Positions 60,985 through 64,000 of a DNA stretch of 64,000 nt are shown here, piece after piece; the first letter of the stretch is position 1; the number at the start of each line of letters is the position of its first letter. The DNA comes from Candidatus Aminicenantes bacterium (GTDB lineage: Bacteria > Acidobacteriota > Aminicenantia > Aminicenantales > UBA8522): positions 472,904 through 536,903 of the forward strand of contig CAVSCD010000004.1 of NCBI GenBank assembly GCA_963726335.1, in the 5' to 3' direction. Position numbers and translations under genes: made by a program. A model generated the notes under the pieces. It was not told the DNA's origin, did not search any database, and worked only from the letters and a program-made list of their open reading frames with translations.

Positions 60985-62166
60985 ATGAGCGAATACAGCG
61001 GGCGGGCCAGCGGCGGCGCCTCCGTGGGTGTCGTCGAGAAAAAATTCTTCACCTTCGGCGAGCCACCCGGCGAGATGGACCTGGAATGCGGCAAGCGGCT
61101 GGGGCCGGTCACGCTCGCCTACGAAACTTACGGCCGGCTGGATGCGGACGGGAGCAACGCGGTCATCGTCTTCCACGCGCTCTCGGGGAACTCGCACGCG
61201 GCCGGCGTGTACTCCGAGCGGGACGAGAAACCGGGCTGGTGGGACAACATGGTCGGTCCGGGAAAAGGGATCGACACCGACAAGTACTTCGTGATCTGCT
61301 CGAACGTCGTCGGCAGCTGTTACGGGTCGACCGGGCCGGGTTCGGTCAACCCGGTCACGGGCAAGCCCTACGGCCTGAGCTTTCCTTTGATCACCGTCGC
61401 CGACATGGTCAAAGCGCAGAAACGTCTGCTCGACCATCTCGGCATCCGGAAGATCCTATGCGGCCTCGGCGGCTCGATCGGCGGGATGCAGGCTCTCGAG
61501 TGGGCCGTCGACTATCCCGACATCGTCCGCTCGGTCATCCCGATCGCCAGCACCTGCCGTCGTTCCGCCCTGTCCATTGGCCTGAGCGAGGCCCAGCGGC
61601 AGGCGATCATGGCCGACGCCCACTGGGACGGCGGCGATTATTACGACCGCGAACCTCCGAACAAGGGGCTGGCCCTTGCCCGGATCATCGGGCACATCAC
61701 CTACCTCTCCGAGGCCGCGATGGAGAGGAAGTTCGGCCGCCGGCTCCAGGAGAACTCGGCCTTCGGGTTCGACTTCACGACGGATTTCCAGGTCGAAAGC
61801 TATCTTCACTACCAGGGGCAGAAGTTCGTCGAGCGCTTCGACGCCAATACCTACCTCTACCTCACCAAGGCGATGGACTATTTCGACCTCGGCGAGCAGC
61901 GCGGCGACGGCTCGCTGGTCACGGCCTTTTCCCGGGTGCGGGCGAAGTTCCTGGTCATCTCCTTTTCCTCGGATTGGCTCTATCCGACCGCCCAATCCCG
62001 GGAGATGGTCAAGGCGATGAAGCTCGCGGGCCGGGACGTCAGCTTCTGCGAGATCGATACGGATTTCGGGCATGATTCCTTCCTCCTGGCCCACGAGCAG
62101 CTGACCCGGTTGATCTCGGGATTCCTGAGGAGAGTCCACGCCGAGGAGGGCGATCATGCGGTTTGA
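60985..62166 (+). CDS. metX: Homoserine O-acetyltransferase (alpha/beta-hydrolase MetX type)
   Basis: 'VIVFHALSGNSHAAG' motif. The nucleophile elbow 'GGSIGGMQALEW' is present. It overlaps metW by 11 nt. Confidence 0.85.
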   Translation: MSEYSGRASGGASVGVVEKKFFTFGEPPGEMDLECGKRLGPVTLAYETYGRLDADGSNAVIVFHALSGNSHAAGVYSERDEKPGWWDNMVGPGKGIDTDKYFVICSNVVGSCYGSTGPGSVNPVTGKPYGLSFPLITVADMVKAQKRLLDHLGIRKILCGLGGSIGGMQALEWAVDYPDIVRSVIPIASTCRRSALSIGLSEAQRQAIMADAHWDGGDYYDREPPNKGLALARIIGHITYLSEAAMERKFGRRLQENSAFGFDFTTDFQVESYLHYQGQKFVERFDANTYLYLTKAMDYFDLGEQRGDGSLVTAFSRVRAKFLVISFSSDWLYPTAQSREMVKAMKLAGRDVSFCEIDTDFGHDSFLLAHEQLTRLISGFLRRVHAEEGDHAV

Positions 62167-62770
62167 CCTGCAGATCATCGCCTCCCTGATCTCCGAGAAG
62201 AGCCGCGTCCTCGACCTGGGCTGCGGCAAGGGCGAGCTGCTCAAGTTCCTGATCGACCGAAAGCAGGTCCGGGGCATGGGCATCGAGATCGACGAGCATG
62301 AAGTCATCGAGTGCGTGGAGAAGGGACTGACGGTGCTCCACGGCGACATCGATAGCGAGACGCGGGACTTCGCCGACGCGAGCTTCGACTATGTCATCCT
62401 GAGCCAAACGCTCCAGCAGGTCTATGACCCCGAGAAGGTGATCAACGAGATGCTCCGGGTGGGCCGGACGGGCATCGTCAGCTTCCCCTGCTTCAGTCAC
62501 CTGGCGATCAAGCTCCAGGTTCTTTTCAAGAGCCGGGCACCGGTGACCCGTGAGCTCCCGTACGAATGGTACAATTCGCCGAACATCCGGGTCATCACGC
62601 TCCGCGATTTCCGGATCTTCTGCGCCCGGCGGGGCATCCGGATCATCAAGGAGATCGCCATCTCCTCGCATCACCGGGACGAATCCGGCAAGGTCGTCGG
62701 TTTCCTGCCCGACTGGTTCGCGAAGTATGGCATCTTCGCCGTGACCCGTCCCGACGGCGCCCAGGACTGA
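62156..62770 (+). CDS. metW: Methionine biosynthesis protein MetW (SAM-MTase-like fold)
   Basis: 'RVLDLGCGKGELL' motif. It is immediately downstream of and overlapping metX, as in canonical metXW operons. Confidence 0.8.
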   Translation: MRFDLQIIASLISEKSRVLDLGCGKGELLKFLIDRKQVRGMGIEIDEHEVIECVEKGLTVLHGDIDSETRDFADASFDYVILSQTLQQVYDPEKVINEMLRVGRTGIVSFPCFSHLAIKLQVLFKSRAPVTRELPYEWYNSPNIRVITLRDFRIFCARRGIRIIKEIAISSHHRDESGKVVGFLPDWFAKYGIFAVTRPDGAQD

Positions 62771-62946
62771 GCCTCCATCTCCCGGGGGGCTAAGCTCTTG
62801 AGGCGAGATTCATCTACCCTCAGGTTCACCCCCCCCGAGGATTGACCCGGCCCTCGGGAGCCGTTATCTTTCATATCGACCGGGAGTGTCAGGAGTATTG
62901 CCGAATCCGATGGTTGCGGCTCCGATTCTGAGCAGGGGAGAATAAT

Positions 62947-63651
62947 ATGGCTAAGATCATGCTTGTCGATGCGGCCGGGCGCTGGGAGGATGCCGAGGAT
63001 TATGTCTTCCCCGGGCTGCGCGCGGTCTACGGGGAGATCGAACAGGAAAACGAGCGGCACCGCCGGAACATCGCCGGCCTGGAGCAGAAGCTCCAGGAGC
63101 TGAAAGACGGCGAACAGGCCTCTTTCAGCAGGCTGCTGACGGCCAATGGCGCGGAGCTCCGGGAGGCCGTCGTCTGGGCGCTCGGCTATCTCGAGTATCC
63201 CAAGGTCGTCAATGTCGACGAATACTGGAAGCACGTGATCCGCACCAAGGAGGAGGACGCCTGGCTCCTCGACGGGGCCGGCGGGTCGGTCGAGGAGATG
63301 ATCCGGGGCGGCCACCTCACGCTGGTGGCGGTCCGGGGCGGGGAGGGGGGCGCAGCTGACGACGACGGCCTGCAACTCCAGAGGTACAAAGGCCGGCGGA
63401 TGCAGGAATTCAACAACACCAGGATGCAGGCGGTCCTCATCGGCAACTACTTCTCGGCCGCCGAACCCAAGCTGCGCGACGTCCCGTTCTCCGAAACTCA
63501 GGTCAAAGAGGCGGCCCAGGACGGGAACGCCCTCCTGACAACCTACGAGCTGTTCAAGGCGATCAAGGCCGAAAAAGAGGGCCATATTACCAAAGAGGTA
63601 ATTCGCACTCAGCTCCGCAACAAGACCGGCCTCGTCACCTTCGAGTATTGA
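62947..63651 (+). CDS. Hypothetical protein (234 aa)
   Basis: Clean ORF with a GGGGAGAA SD. A plausible TTGACC-N17-TATCTT promoter lies upstream. No recognisable family. Confidence 0.5.
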   Translation: MAKIMLVDAAGRWEDAEDYVFPGLRAVYGEIEQENERHRRNIAGLEQKLQELKDGEQASFSRLLTANGAELREAVVWALGYLEYPKVVNVDEYWKHVIRTKEEDAWLLDGAGGSVEEMIRGGHLTLVAVRGGEGGAADDDGLQLQRYKGRRMQEFNNTRMQAVLIGNYFSAAEPKLRDVPFSETQVKEAAQDGNALLTTYELFKAIKAEKEGHITKEVIRTQLRNKTGLVTFEY

Positions 63652-63872
63652 CGGCCGGCGGCCGCGGGCGAACCCTGCGGACCGGGCCCCGGACTTTCGC
63701 GGGTTGCTACTGTCTCTTCGCGGCGAACGCTTCACGATTGTCTGTCGACCCGTCCATCATTTCGCCGATCCTGTCAGGATGTCAGGCCGGAGGTTTATTT
63801 TATGCCGCGCCGGCGAGTTCGTGTATAATCCCGATCCGAACGTCGCGAGAAAACCCCGTGGGAGACGCCGGC

Positions 63873-64000
63873 ATGAGGAATACCGACTTGACGCCTAAGA
63901 CAATGGCCGCCCTTTGGGTTGAGCGGCTCCGGGAAAGATCCGATCCGGTCCGGGCTGCCGGCGCCCAGCGCTATTTCAAAGACACGATCGTTTGTTTCGG
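63873..64000 (+). CDS. DNA alkylation repair enzyme-like (AlkC/AlkD HEAT-repeat family), 5' partial at the window edge
   Basis: The N-terminal 'LRERSDPVRAAGAQRYFKDTI' matches the conserved start of the PF08713 family. It is truncated by the window end. Confidence 0.4.
   Translation, partial: MRNTDLTPKTMAALWVERLRERSDPVRAAGAQRYFKDTIVCF

Noticed and set aside
62671-63735. 354-aa minus-strand ORF
   Set aside because: Antisense to the 234-aa hypothetical gene and the metW 3' end. No start context.

Overview
This 64-kb window is high-GC (roughly 65-68%) bacterial chromosomal DNA, densely coding on both strands. Signal-peptide/TAT-rich secreted proteins, TAT-exported Gfo/Idh oxidoreductases and SBBP/FG-GAP beta-propeller proteins suggest a soil-type Gram-negative such as Acidobacteriota, but this is a guess. 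The region is glycan- and peptide-scavenging: GH127-like, GH42, a sulfatase, three TAT-signal Gfo/Idh/MocA oxidoreductases, a DUF1080 hydrolase with a xylose-isomerase-fold enzyme and a GHMP kinase (the oxidative 3-keto-glycoside cleavage module), two MFS sugar/peptide transporters, a TonB-dependent receptor, an acyl-CoA ligase, GGT, and M48, M64 and S8 peptidases. Housekeeping genes are trxB, rpoD, an EF-G paralog, tRNA-Arg and a metY-metX-metW operon. Most notable: (1) a ~205-bp multi-hairpin repeat with CTAG termini in three intergenic copies, MITE-like; (2) a rearranged locus of two translationally coupled ~1,080-aa SBBP+FG-GAP beta-propeller paralogs, two ~420-aa secreted paralogs and a relic third copy; (3) 1-bp frameshifts in at least five genes between 38 and 58 kb, either pseudogenes or indel errors; (4) a low-GC islet beside tRNA-Arg; (5) an EF-G paralog coupled to a small KaiC/RecA-like ATPase. 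Many long antisense ORFs in the six-frame track are GC-driven artefacts and were not called.
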